A DNA stretch of 64,000 nt from Blastocladiella emersonii ATCC 22665 (lineage: Eukaryota > Fungi > Blastocladiomycota). The position numbers and the translations under genes are program-made. The notes under the pieces are model-generated. The model saw nothing but the letters and a program-made list of their open reading frames with translations, had not been told where the DNA came from and did no database searches. The stretch spans positions 620,001 to 684,000 of the forward strand of contig JANHCV010000005.1 in the NCBI GenBank assembly GCA_025594325.1, read 5' to 3'. Of the stretch, positions 1-12,249 are shown piece by piece; position 1 is the first letter of the stretch, and each line of letters begins with the position of its first letter.

Positions 1-1256
1 TCCGAGAAATCCTCCTTCTCCTTGGCCGTCAGGTCCTCGTAGTCCTCGGCGAAGCGCATCTGGCGGATCAGGATCCCGAGCAGGCGCTGGTACGCGGACA
101 CGATGGGCGTCGAGTCGAACAGCTGGTCCTCGTGGACTGCGATGGTCAGCATGTTCCAGAAGTCGAAGGTCTGGTTGAGCACGTCGAGGTGCGGGAACGC
201 CATGACGGAGACGGCGAGGTCGAGGAGCGGCGCAAAGTCGACGGGCCGCTCGGCGATGGGCCCGAGGCACGCGACGCCCGCGGCGGTGACGAGGCGGACC
301 ATGGACCGCGCCGAGTCCTCGTCGTCGGCAGCCTCGTGGATAAGCGGGGCCGCGGCGATGAGGCGCGGCAGGGCGACCTGGACGACGGCGGTGCCGGCGG
401 CGGACTGGTGGGTGATATCGGGCTCGGCGAGGTCGAAGACGGCGGACAGGATGGATGCGGCGCTCTCGGCGACGTCGCTGGAGGCGAGGGCGTCGAAGGA
501 CATGGCGATGATCTGCGACTGGACGATATCGTTGAGCGGGATGGCGTGGGTGTCCATCCACGACTCGACGCAGGCGAACAGCTTGGTGTGGAGGCGCGGG
601 TCGGCGGCGTGCAGCATGCCCTGGAGCGAGGTGACGAGCGAGCGGAACACCTGGGCGGCGTTGGCCTCGACGAGCGACGCCATGCGCTCGGCGTACTCGG
701 CGCGGGTCATGACGCGCTCGGCGGCCGCGAGCTCCTGCGGGAGCACCGTGAGGAACTCGAGGAAGACGGGGAACAGGTCGGCGCGCTGGCCGAGCGCCTG
801 GGTGACCTCGGACACGGGCGCGGTCCACGCCGGGACGTGGATGGCCATGTCGGCGAGCGCGCAGCACAGCTGGGTCACGGCGCGCGCGTCCAGCAGCGCA
901 GGCGTCGACAGCATCTGCACGATGCCCGACCGCAGCTGCGTGACGTGGTCGTTACTCAGCTTGTACAGGTCGCGCGCAACCTTGTGGCGCAGCACCTGCG
1001 ACGCGAAGATGCGCGCCGGCGCGTTAGCGTCGCCGTTCGGGCCGCCTGGTGGCGCCGAGAGGACCGCGGTGGCGACGCCCCAGGCATCGTCCTGGACGAG
1101 GTTAGGGTGTGGGCGTGAGTGATCCGCGGCGGGGACTCGATGTGGGGAACGTACCGTGAGCTCAAAGTCCTGCAGCCACTTCTCAGCGGCCTTGCGGGCG
1201 GTCTGGTCCGTGGCGCCGTAGAGCGTGGAGACGGCGTTGAAGTACTCGGCCGACAT
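1..1256 (-). CDS. MTR10: Importin-beta family nuclear import receptor, Mtr10/transportin-3-like (5' part; gene runs off the left edge)
   Basis: Manual minus-strand translation: ATG at 1256, MSAEYFNAVSTLYGATDQTARKAAEKWLQDFELT, then a GT-AG intron (1092-1154), then DDAWGVA...RIFASQVLRHKV...QLCCALADMAIH...FLTVLPQE...FDFWNML. This fits the IBN_N/Xpo1 pattern of the Mtr10/TNPO3/importin-13 family. It is not in the ORF track because it stays open to the window edge. Confidence 0.8.
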   Translation of the reverse strand, partial: MSAEYFNAVSTLYGATDQTARKAAEKWLQDFELTVRSPHRVPAADHSRPHPNLVQDDAWGVATAVLSAPPGGPNGDANAPARIFASQVLRHKVARDLYKLSNDHVTQLRSGIVQMLSTPALLDARAVTQLCCALADMAIHVPAWTAPVSEVTQALGQRADLFPVFLEFLTVLPQELAAAERVMTRAEYAERMASLVEANAAQVFRSLVTSLQGMLHAADPRLHTKLFACVESWMDTHAIPLNDIVQSQIIAMSFDALASSDVAESAASILSAVFDLAEPDITHQSAAGTAVVQVALPRLIAAAPLIHEAADDEDSARSMVRLVTAAGVACLGPIAERPVDFAPLLDLAVSVMAFPHLDVLNQTFDFWNMLTIAVHEDQLFDSTPIVSAYQRLLGILIRQMRFAEDYEDLTAKEKEDFS

Positions 1257-1816
1257 TGGTGGAGGTGATCCGACGCGGGTGCGAGTAGAGTGTGTGGGCG
1301 GGGCGGGGCGGGGCGGTGGGGCCGAGTGGTCGGGCGGCACAAGAGTCGAACGAGAGACCGACGCGAACGGGAGAGGATCACCAACGCGAGTGCAAAGTGA
1401 CGATGATGATGGCGTGCACGGGCAACGAGTGGGTAGCGGGCGGCAGCGGTGTGGCGGGGCTGTGGACAGTGGACGGCGGGCCGAGGGACTAGGAGGCGCC
1501 GGGTGTCGTCGTTGCGTTGCGTAGCGTTGCGTCGGTGCGTGTTACGGCTGCGTCGCGACAAGTCGAGCAAGAGGGGGCCGCGGGCAGCAGGCAGGCGAGG
1601 CGGCGTCGGCCACGGCCGCGGTCGGCGGGCGCGAACAGGGGTGCTGGCGCGAAGTGCGCTGCGATCAGCCCGCCTCACCTGACGCGCTCTTGCTCGCAAG
1701 GCCGCCCTGCCAAAGCCCTCGCGCGGCCCCGCTCCCCCTCCCCCTCCCGCCCTGCCCATAGCGATCCGCGCGAATCCCATGCAACCTCACCTGCTGCACA
1801 CGGTGCAGTGCCGCCC

Positions 1817-3622
1817 ATGACCGCGGACCCGACCATCTCGACCTCTGCCCCGCCACCCGACCTACCACTTGCCATGCCACCAACAACCTCCGACGCTTCG
1901 ACCGATGGCGGCGTGCCCGAACAGTCCACGGACTCGCTTGCGACAACCGCACCGAGCTCGGCGGCCTCATCGATGGCCGACCTCGACCACGCCGCGCCAC
2001 CCTCGGCCGATTCTTCCGACGCGCCGAATCCGCGGCCCTCGAAGCGGAAGAAGGTTTGCTTCTATACCCTTAGTCATTGCACTGGGCTCCGACTGACATC
2101 TCATGACACCTAGGCCGTCCGCGCGTGCAACCACTGCCAGCGCGCGCACCTGACGTGCGACGATGGTCCGTCCTCCATCGCACACCCCTCTCACCGTGAT
2201 CTCACCCCCTGCCTCCCCTTCATCTAGCCCGCCCGTGCGGCCGGTGCGTGAAACGCAAGCTCGACGCGACGTGCACCGACGGCGTGCGCAAGCGAGCCAA
2301 GTACCTGCAGGATACCCCGAGTGAGTGTACCGTGTCCGCGCTGCTCTGCCCGCTGCTGCGACCGACGCCGTGACGGATGAGGCTAACCGTCGCCTGCTCG
2401 CTACCCCGCGCGCCGCGTGCGTGTAGTGCTCAACCCCGTTGCCTTTTCCGGTACGTTTTATGGGGGAAGAGTTCACGTTCCATGCGCGACGACTGACACT
2501 AGTACGCGTTTAGGCACCCCATCCAGCCTCCCGATCCAGCCGGCGATGCCCGCCATGGACCCAACGCAGCCGATGCTGTCGCTCCCACTCAACGTGGTCC
2601 AGGGCGGTGCCGCCGCCGCCGCGGCTGCCGCTGCTGCAGCTGCCGCGACCGGCACGCCGCTGTCGCTCCCGCTCGCGGCCGCGTTCCCGTCCGAGGCCGT
2701 CAACCTCGAGTATGCGTTCCTGTCCAACATGATGGCGGGGCCCGACCACGCCTCGGCGGCCGCCGCGGCAGGCATGTTCTCTCCCGGCGGCGCCGCTGCC
2801 GCCGCCGCTGCCGCGCAGCAGGGTCTGCTCGACCCGTCGTCGCCGCACCACCCGGCGGTGCAGGCGTGGAACTCGCACGCGATGCAGCTGCTGGGCCAGT
2901 CGCCGTCGATCGGGCCGGTGCGCCGGCTCAACTCGCCGCACGCCGTGTACGCGGCCGTCAACCAGCCGTTCAATTACACGGAGGGGTTTCATTACCTCAT
3001 CAACTACATCAAGGCGACGTTCGTGACTTTGCGATTGTGTGTGCTCCGCGCGTCGAGACTAACCCGCCCGCGTGTAGGATGGGCAAGGACGAGATCCTGC
3101 GCATCTGCCGCGCGATGTATGCGTTCCGGCCGTCGTTCATCGCGCTGATCATGAACCTGACCGAGGAGGATCTGGTGTTCATGGAAAAGTGTTTCCAGCG
3201 CACGCTGCTCGAGTACGAGAAGCTGATCAGCTTCTCGGGCACGCCGACCGTCGTGTGGCGGCGCACCGGCGAAATCGCCCTTGTCGGCAAGGAGTTTTCG
3301 CTGCTCACGCAGTGGACCCGCGACCAGATCTTCTCCAAGCAGACGTACATCTTCGAGCTCATGAACAACGAGTCGGCCGTCACGTACTGGGAAATGTTTG
3401 CCGCGATTGCGTTCGATAACGCGCAGTCGTCGGTCCTCTCCACCTGCACGCTCCTGTCGCCCACGCGCACGCCGATCCCGTGCGCGTTCTGCTTTACCAT
3501 CAAGAAGGATATCTTTGATATCCCGCTCGCCATCGTCGGCAACGTGCGTTTCGTGTCGTGGCGCTCATGGGCCGTGGCTGACTATGTGCGGCGGCGTGTA
3601 GTTCCTCCCGATCCTGAGCTAG
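1817..3622 (+). CDS. Zn(II)2Cys6 transcription factor with C-terminal PAS-like domain, Ert1/Rds2/AcuK family (multi-exon)
   Basis: Spliced zinc cluster [41 protein letters not shown] (2113-2310). C-terminal FRPSFIAL...[28 protein letters not shown]...[20 protein letters not shown] is typical of the gluconeogenic Ert1/AcuK regulators. Confidence 0.88.
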
Positions 3623-3790
3623 CCGGCGCGCGAGCAACGCGCTGCGCCACACCGACCACTCAACCGTGTACCGCGGTCTCCTCCCTCCCCTCTCTTCCTG
3701 TCCCCTTCCCTTCCCTCCGTTTTGATCCCGCCTCCTTCGAATAACAAAAAAAAGTGCGAAATTATTCAACTACCTCTCAATCCTCGTAAT

Positions 3791-6700
3791 CTACCCCTGC
3801 ACCGCCTCGAGCACCATCTGCGCGACCTCGGTCACCCCGGCGCGGACCGCGATCTCCATGGCCGTCACACTGGCCGCGGTCGCGGCAAGCCGGACGCGCG
3901 CGAGAACGGGAACCCCGCCCAGGAACACGCCAGCGAGGACCAGGACGTGCGTGGTGCGGTCCTTGGGGACGGCCGCGGACCCCTCGAGCGGCTGCATGCC
4001 GAGGAGCGTGACGACGTCGCTGACGGCCTTGGGCAGGGCCACGGGCACCTGGAACGTCTGCACGAGCTCGGCTGGGAGCGTGGTCCACGCGGCGGAGAAG
4101 TCGGGGACGGCGGTCGGCAGCATGTAGTCGGCGAGCGTCAGGTGCACCTCCTCGAGCTACACGGGCGGCGGGTGAGTGACCGGTCTCCCACGCGCAAGAA
4201 CAACGAGAAAACGTACGCTGTACTCGTCCTCGTACCCCTCCGCCGAATCCGGCTTCTGGGTAACCGGGTCACAGTCACGCACGAGGTACTTGAGCGCGGT
4301 ACTGAACGACACGACAGGCGCGGACCCTGGCGCGCGCTGGAACGCAACAAACACACGCGCGGGCTGCTCGGCGCCACACGTGAGCTTGGCCGCGGGCACC
4401 ACGAGCATCTGGCGCATCACGTGGTCGATGGGCGTGTCGGGCTGCATCGCGACGGCGACATTCTCGAGGAACACGTCGGCCACCGTGTTGACGACCACGT
4501 ACTCGAACACGAGCCACTCGGCGAACACGTGCTTGACGACCCCGACCACGTACTCCATCTCCTTGTCGGTGAGCGGGACCGGGCCGGACGACTTGAAGTG
4601 CGAGGGGAGAAGCGGCTCGAGCTCGGGCAACTTGCCGAGCGTGTCGGCGGGGTTGATCCCAGCGGCGGCGGTGGAAGTCGAGGCACCCGTCGCGCCCGTC
4701 GCCGCAGTCGCGGCAGCGGCACCCGCGGCGCGCGCAGCGGGGGACCCGGGGCGGCCGCCGGCGAGTGGCGACTGGAGCGCCCCACCGCGCGTGGGCGACG
4801 CGGCGCGGACGCGCGACTGTTCGCGGGCGAGCTCCTCGCGCTTGTCGACGCGGGGCACGGCGGCGAGGTCGGGCGGGGACGCAAAGTCGGCGGCCTGGGC
4901 GTAGTAGGCGAGTTTGGCCTGGAGCGCGGGGAGGGCGTGGGTGGTCGGGTTGCGGAGGTACGCGGCGCGCAGGCGGTCCGAGTCGAGGACGCGCAGGTAG
5001 AAGGTGGCGCGGTCGCGGACCTCGTCGTCGGGGTCGTCGGTGCACCGCGCCAAGAGGACGCGGACGGTGGCGCGGACGGCGTCGACGTTGGCGCCGAACG
5101 AGGCGAGCGCCGTGACTGCGGCGGCGCGGACGTTCGAGTTCTCGAGGATCACGCGGTTGTAGATGTAGCGGAGGTACTTTGCGGGGTCCTTGGTCTTGGG
5201 CCCCTCGGCGCCGAGCAGGTGCAGGATGCGGACCGCGAGCTTGGTGAACTCGCAGTCCTCGATGAACTCGCACAGGTGCGCGAGCGCCGACTCGAGGCAC
5301 TCGGGCATGCGCTGCACGAGGTCGAAGATGGCCTCGACCACCGACTTCTTGTACTCGTAGCCGCCCTCGTCGCGCAGCACGCCCGACAGGAAAGAGAGCA
5401 TCACCGACTGCTTGCTCGGGAACTTGACGGCGAGCACGCGGATCGCGTCGATGACAATCACCTTGAACTCGTCCGAGATCTCGCTCATGAACGACGCGAT
5501 CTGCTTCATGAGCCGGTCGACGCTGCCCTCGGTGCCCGTCTTGAGCAGCGTGGTGATAGCGAACGTCGCAATCGACCGGTTGCTGTCGCCGACGAGCTGC
5601 TCCATGTCGAGGTTGCACGCGGCGACGAGCGCCGGGTTGATCTGGGCGAGCTGGTTGAGCGTGCGCAGGGCGGCGAACTTGAGCGTCGGTTTCGGCGACG
5701 CCAGCAGCTGCTGGAGCGCCTGGACCGCGGGCTGGACCTGCGACGCCGTGAGCGAGGTGGCGTCGGCCGTGACCATGGAGCACAGGGCGCGCGCGGCCTC
5801 GAGCATGACCATGTCGTTGTTGTTGCACAGGGCCTTGAGGAACTCGTACATGCCGGCCGACAGGGAGCCGTCGGTGCCGACCATGGATTTCCCGCCGTAA
5901 CTCGCGGCCTCGTCCTCGCAGCACTTGACGGCGAACCGGACCAGCATGCACTGGGCCCACTGGCTGCGCACGGCGCCCGACCGCGCGAGCCCCTGGACCA
6001 GCTTGGCCACGGCCATGCGGTCGTGCTGGCGGATCTGGTACAGCAGGCCGAGCGCGTGGTACTGCACAATGTAGCACGTCTGCGAGTAGCCCGAGCCCGC
6101 CGGGTTGGCCGTCTTGGGCGAGGTGAAGGCCTCCTGGACCTCGTTGGCCCACCGGCGCACCACGTCGCGCGCGACGCCCGACAGGTGGTACGACGAGACG
6201 AGCGCGGCCGACGACACGGCGGCCTGCTGGTCGACAATGGCCTGCTTGAGGAAGCGCTCGATGGCGGCGAGCATGGACGGGTCCGTGACGCGGCACAGGG
6301 CGCGGATCGCGTTGGCGCGGTGGCTGACGTTGGTGCCGATGATGCCGCCGGGCCCGGCGCCCGCGCCGAGGGCGGCGGTCGCGGTGCCGAGCGAGGTGGT
6401 AGCACTGGACGAGGAGGACGACCCGAAGCGGAAGCCGAACGAGGCGGCGGCCGACGACAGCAGGCCGCCGGACGAGGCGAGGTCGTCGGGCTTGGCGTTG
6501 ATGTCCTTGGTCAGCGAGGACGTGACCATGAGCACGTCGTCGGCCTTGTCGGACAGCTCCTTGATCATCAGGTAGATGACCTGGCGCAGGCCCGGGTCCT
6601 TTCCCTGGAACAGCTTGGTCACGGCAAAGAACAGGTCGGTGGCCTCCTTGCGCGACAGGGCCTCGCCCGTGTACAGCAGCGCAAACACCTTGCCGATCAG

Positions 6701-6889
6701 CAGCCGCGACTTGCGCGGGTTCAGCGGCGACTCGTTGAACAGCCGCGTCTCCTGCAGGATCTGCGTCTTGTCGAACGGCGCGCCGCGCGCGTCTACACAC
6801 GATGGGTGCGTGTGAGCGCTTTGTCGTTGTTGGAGAGGGGCAGGGGAGCGCAACGGACCGGCATCTTCGTCCTTTTTCGAGTAGTTCAT
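3791..6889 (-). CDS. SEC21: Coatomer (COPI) gamma subunit (multi-exon)
   Basis: MNYSKKDED, then an intron, then DKTQILQETRLFNESPLNPRK...LFFAVTKLFQ...RANAIRALC...EGGYEYKKSVVEAI...HLCEFIEDCEF...YIYNRVILEN...DDEVRDRA, and a C-terminal appendage (GYEDEY; VLARVRLA). Confidence 0.95.
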
Positions 6890-7223
6890 GGCGGCGGCGG
6901 CAGCGGGTGGGCGGGGCGGCCGCGCGATCCGTGGGGTCAGTTGGCGGGGCGGCGGACAACTGCGTGCGGGATGCTGCGTGGGGCGGTCTACCCTCGGCGG
7001 GACGGGTGCGTAACGCGTCGCTGGCGGGCGGGAGGACGAGAGCGACGCGTGGTGGGCGGACCGGTGGCGGAGCGGGCGGCGGCGCGGCGGCGAGGCGTGG
7101 CAAGTTCGCCGCCGCGCGCGCGTGCGCCCACCTGACTGGCGCGCCACGCGTCGGGCTCTTGCTTCGCGCGCTTCTCGCCGTCGCTCTCACGCTCCTCCAG
7201 CACCCGACCGACCCCATGCATGC

Positions 7224-8254
7224 ATGACCGACCGCCCAAAGATGAATGGCGTCGAGGACTACCAGTACATTGAAAAGGTTGGCGAGGGCACCTACGGCGT
7301 CGTGTACAAGGCGCGCGACGCCGCGTCCGGCCGCATCGTCGCCCTCAAGAAGATCCGCTTCGAGAACGAGGACGACGGCGTCCCCGCCACGGCGCTGCGC
7401 GAGGTCGCCCTGCTGCTAGACCTGCACCACCCCAACATCGTCAAGTGCGTTCGTGCGTTCCCACGCACCCCGGACAACCGCTCACACCCCCGCCTCATAG
7501 ACTGGAGCAGGTGACCTACCTCACCAAGCAGCTGTACCTGGTCTTCGAGTTCCTCGACCAGGACCTCAAGGCGTACATGGACGCGCGCAAGAGCGCGCCG
7601 CTGCCCGAGGACCTGACGCGCAGCTTCACGTGCCAGCTGCTGCGCGCGCTCGAGTTCTGCCACACGCACCGCGTGCTGCACCGCGACCTCAAGCCGCAGA
7701 ACATCCTCATCGACGCCCACAACAACCTCAAGCTCGCCGACTTTGGGCTAGCGCGCGCCTTCAACCTGCCGATGCGCGTCTACACGCACGAGGTCGTGAC
7801 CCTGTGGTACCGCCCGCCCGAGATTTTGCTGGGATCGAAAAACTACTCGTTCGGCGTCGACATCTGGAGCGCCGGGTGCATCTTCCTCGAGATGATGGTC
7901 GGCAAGGCCGTGTTCCCCGGCGACTCGGAGATCGACCAGCTGTTCAAGATCTTCCAGATCCGCGGAACGCCCGACCGACACGTCTGGCGTAACATCGAGG
8001 ACCTCCCCGACTTTGCCGTCGAGTTCCCCAAGTGGCGGCCGCGCCCGCTCCAGGCGCTCGTGCCCGACGCGCCCGTCTACTCGCTGCACCTCGTCGAGGT
8101 ACTTTGATCTGCTTTTCGCTGATGAGAGTGGCTCTGACCTTCTGCTTGAGTGTAGAATATGCTCGCGTACGACCCGAACCTGCGCTACACGGCCCGCTTC
8201 GCCCTCAACCACCCCTTCTTTGACGGCGTCAAGGTCCCCTACTACGAGGGCTGA
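7224..8254 (+). CDS. Cyclin-dependent kinase, CDK1/2-like, with non-canonical PATALRE helix (multi-exon; start 7224 or 7242)
   Basis: [83 protein letters not shown]. Introns near 7445-7501 and 8100-8156; stop TGA at 8252-8254. Confidence 0.92.
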
Positions 8255-8429
8255 CCCCATCCATTCTCGCACTCCTCCTGTATATAATGCACACGATCCC
8301 ATCCCACCCACTCTTGCGAGTTCAACCAAACGCGTGGCTCACGGTAGCGTGACCGCGCGTCGCTCATCCCCACCGCCGCTCTCACCCTCAACGCCCCCTG
8401 CACATGAAGCACCAACCACACTCCTTGCA

Positions 8430-10850
8430 ATGAAACTCCCGCGATGGATAGAGATCCTCCTGGTCCTCGCCGGCGCCTGGTTCACGGCGCACCGCGCGCG
8501 CAGCCTGTGGCTCGAGGCCAACGCGTACCAGCACGCGATCGCGGCTGAGCCCGTGGTCGCGCACTCGGCCAACGCTTCCATGACTTCTTTGAGTGAGGAG
8601 GAGGATGAGATCAAGGCGTTCCACTTTGTTCAGGTACCACAGTTCGGTGGACTCCATGTAGCGACGGCGCTGACGGCCACGGCTTGTAGATCTCGGGTAC
8701 GCTTTGAGCCCAGCGACCTCTCCACGCTCACCTCACGGTCCGCAACCAGACCTCCACATCAGCCGCTACAACGCGCGCGGCGGGCACCTGCACTTCCTCG
8801 ACTTTCTCAAGTCGGCGCTGCCCATCCTTGACCCCAAGGCCGTGTTCGTGACGGGCGACCTGACTGACGCCAAGGACCGGCAGAAGCTTCGAGTACGTAC
8901 GCTCTCTTGCCCTTCCACATCTCACACTCACCCACCGCAAAACAACAGTCTAGCCAGTACCCCGACGAGTGGCAAGCGTACCACGCGGCTCTCGCCGCCG
9001 CGCACCTCCTGCCGTCGGACCGCCCGGGCTTCTGGTGGGACCTTCGCGGGAACCACGACGCTTTTGACGTGCGCGACTGGTCGAGCACCACAAACCTGTA
9101 CGCGGACCACAGCGCGACGCGCGGCGCCGGGTTCTCCCTACACCTGACCCTCCCCTTCGGCAACTACCTGTTCCTCGGCCTCGACGGCGTTCCACGGCGG
9201 GGCATGTCGCGCCCGTTCAACTTTTTCGGGGTCTTTGAACGCGACGACCTCGACGCCGTCGAGACCGCGTACGCCGCGCACCCGAACGCCAACCACACGT
9301 TCTGGTTCGCGCACTACCCGCTCGGCACCGTGCACGCGACGGCGGTTTCGTCGCGCGGCAACTCGATCGACACCCTCGCGCGGCGCGCGACTGCGTACAT
9401 GTGCGGGCACCTGCACCGGTTCAAGTGGGGGCTCGGCGACGGCGGCATGTACGGCGTGCAGCGGCCGAGCGGGATGCTCGAGCTCGAGCTCGCGGACGTC
9501 AAGCACCACTCGGCGATGCGCGTCGTGGTCGTGGATCGGGATGTCGTCGCGTTTACGGACACGGAGGTGCGCGGCCCTGGGGGAGGTGTCGTGCCGATGG
9601 ACGCGACGGATGACGATGTGGGCGCGCAAACGCGCGCGACGTACGCGGCGCACCCGCGCACGCCGCAGCCGCCGGTCGTCGTGGTCACGCACCCGAAAGA
9701 CGCGCGGTTCGTGGTCGCGCACCGCGAGCCCGCGGCTGAGCGCCGCGTGCGCGCCGACAGGCCCATGCGGTTCTTCGTCTGGACCGAGCACGCCGACCCG
9801 GCCGCGGCCCTGCGCGTCTCCGTGTCCGTTAACGGCGTCCCGGTCCCCTCCGCGCCCATATTCCGCGGAAAACCGGGCGGGATGCCGCTTTGGACGTGCG
9901 CGTGGCCTGCGTCTCTCTTCGCGTCCCCCGATCCCGCGTCGCCGGTCCTCGTGCACACCCTGCGCGTCGCGGTAACCGACACGCGGACGAACCTGACCTC
10001 GGTCCGAACCTCGCGGTTCCGGCTCGACGGGCGGCGCATCGCGCTCGACTCGCGCTCCCCGGGACAGTGGATCATCGCGACCGACTTTGACTCGCTGATC
10101 CTCGCCGCGTTCCTCGTCGCGTACCTGCCGCTGTGCGCGGTCCTTATCGCGACCAAGGTCCAGACGCTCGCCATGCCGCCCGCCGGCTACGCGGCGTGGT
10201 ACGCGCGCGTCGCAAGGCAGCTCGTGGCGGACGACGCGCGCGCGGTGGCCGGCCTCGCGAGCCCGCTCGTCGCCCCGTTCGCGTCCGCGTGGTGGGCCGT
10301 CCGCGCCGGCTGGCTCAGGCAGTGCGAGGTCGCACGGCGGCCGTCCGTCTGGTACCCGCTCGCGGCCGCGACGGCGATGCTGGCGACGGCGCCGCTGCTC
10401 GTCGGCGATTTTCTGCCCCGCTCCCCCGGCAGCGCCAGCGCCACGCACGCCCTGTACTTCGCGGGCATGTACCTCGAGGACTCGTGGCACCCGGTCGCGG
10501 ACGCGTGGCTGTTCGGGACGTTCAAGGTGTGGCAGGTGTACGTCCCCTTCGCCATGTTCACGGGGTTCGCGGCCGTCCCGCCCGCGCACCTGTACGCGGC
10601 GGGGAATGTGCGGCGCGAGCGGCCGATCCACGCGTGGCGCGTGGTAAGGGTCGCGGTCGTCGTGATCGCGGCGTTCCACGCGTATAACTGGGCGATGCTC
10701 GGGGTCTTTTACGGGTGGACCGCGCCCGTCAGGTCGCCGCTCGCGGGCGCCTACGCGTGGATGGCGTGGACCCTGTGGCGCGTCATGGCGCGCAAGTGGC
10801 GGCCGGGACCGCCGCTCGCGAGCGTCGTGGTGGTGGGGCGAGACGAATGA
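8430..10850 (+). CDS. TMEM62-like calcineurin-type metallophosphoesterase with C-terminal transmembrane helices (multi-exon)
   Basis: N-terminal anchor; FHFVQ/ISDLHIS, VFVTGDLTD, WWDLRGNHD, WFAHYP, YMCGHLH, LELELAD. Hydrophobic C-terminal segments. Confidence 0.8.
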
Positions 10851-10905
10851 TGTATTCCTCGTTGATGGGTACAAGTACAGACTGGCATGATTCTCATTTC
10901 TGTGG

Positions 10906-12054
10906 TTACTCTTCGACCTTGGCCTTGCGGTCCGCCGCGGGCGCCGGGCTCTTGCCCCGCTTCTCCTGCTGCGAGGACACGGAGCGGAGGACGAGCTTGC
11001 ACGCGAAATTGGCGGCCGAGAAGATGGGGAGGCGGGGCACGGCGACGTACGCGCGCTCGACGTTGGGCGGGTTGCCGATCTCGCCCAAGTTGAGGCTGCG
11101 CGTTCCCGCGACGAGCACGGGCGCGCGGCCGCCGGCGGGCGGCGGGGTGGTCATGGTCGCAGTGATGATGTAGAGCGGGAACAGGAGCGCAAAGACGGCG
11201 CCCGTGACGATCGGGTTGCCGTAGAAGGTGAGGGCCGTGGTGGGCAGGCCGAACCCGAGGTAGTACGGCCAGCGCTCCTCCATGTGTCTGAGCCGCGCCT
11301 CGAGCGACCAGCCCTGGCTCGCCCACTTGTACTCGAAGCTGTACATGGCGTACATCCACGACGTGAGGGCGAAACTGAGCACGGGCCCGAGCGCCGGCGC
11401 GAAATACGCGACCATGGCGACCGACAGGTGCACGACGCTCAGCAGGCCGCGGTACAGCTCGTCGACAATGTTCTGGGTCCACTTCTTGCGCACGCGCGGC
11501 GACGCCGGCGGGGCGTCGGCGTTCCCGCGGCCCAGCGTGCGGAGTTGCGCCTGGCGGATGTCGAGCGACCGCCGCGCAATGTCCGTGTACCACATCGAGT
11601 TGAGGACGAACGACAGCGCGTACACCGGGTACACCCAGAACACGTGGTACAGGATGTGCACCGCCGTGTCGACGACGGCGAAGGCGGTGCTGCCCGCGAG
11701 CGGGTCCTCCCCCGCGACCGCGGGTTCGGGTAGCGTCCACGCGAACAGCAGCGCGAGTAGCTGCTTGACGACCAGGTGGTAGAAGACGAGGCTGCCGAGC
11801 AGCAGCACGCCGTTCAGCAGGAAGCACTTGAGCGCGGCGCGCTGGATCTGCGTCGACGAGTACGCCACGACCAGCGCCGTCGGAACGTGCACCGTGGCGT
11901 CCTTGACCCCGAGCACCAGCTGGTCCTTGATCACGGCAAGCGACTCGAGCGGCGCGAACCGAGCGCGGGTGCTGCTCTCACGGGCCACAGGCGAGGGCAC
12001 CGCGGAGGGGATGGCGGCAGCGGTGGCGGCGGAGGTCTCGGCCACGGATGCCAT
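10906..12054 (-). CDS. EI24 (etoposide-induced 2.4)/autophagy-associated multi-pass membrane protein
   Basis: Intronless 382-aa ORF: KCFLLNGVLLLGS, FWVYPVYALSFVLNSMWYTDIA, YSFEYKW...WSLEARLRHMEERWPYYLGFGLP. Confidence 0.8.
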   Translation of the reverse strand: MASVAETSAATAAAIPSAVPSPVARESSTRARFAPLESLAVIKDQLVLGVKDATVHVPTALVVAYSSTQIQRAALKCFLLNGVLLLGSLVFYHLVVKQLLALLFAWTLPEPAVAGEDPLAGSTAFAVVDTAVHILYHVFWVYPVYALSFVLNSMWYTDIARRSLDIRQAQLRTLGRGNADAPPASPRVRKKWTQNIVDELYRGLLSVVHLSVAMVAYFAPALGPVLSFALTSWMYAMYSFEYKWASQGWSLEARLRHMEERWPYYLGFGLPTTALTFYGNPIVTGAVFALLFPLYIITATMTTPPPAGGRAPVLVAGTRSLNLGEIGNPPNVERAYVAVPRLPIFSAANFACKLVLRSVSSQQEKRGKSPAPAADRKAKVEE

Positions 12055-12249
12055 GGTTGATAGTGGTGGTTGTTGATGCGTGGTGTCGATGCGTGTTGCT
12101 TACAGTTGCGGGTCGGTTCTCATGCGTGCGGGAGAGAGAGCGAGAGCGACCAGCGAAGACGAAGACGAGCTCCTCATCGGGCGACCTGAAACGCGACGCG
12201 TGGGGCCACTCTGCTCACTTCGCTCACTCACCGTTTATTCACCCCTTCT

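Noticed and set aside
6330-6490. ~55-aa Ser/Ala/Gly insertion in SEC21 as a possible intron or intein
   Set aside because: In frame, with host-like codons, and lacking both splice signals and intein motifs. It is an ordinary low-complexity loop.
3722-7135. Very long ORFs opposite or overlapping real genes (e.g. 3722-7135+, 132-1118+, 9138-10874-, 33427-35190+, 41327-42349+)
   Set aside because: Shadow frames expected from extreme GC3 bias, which leaves few stops on the antisense strand. They carry no domain motifs and the true genes are identified on the other frame.
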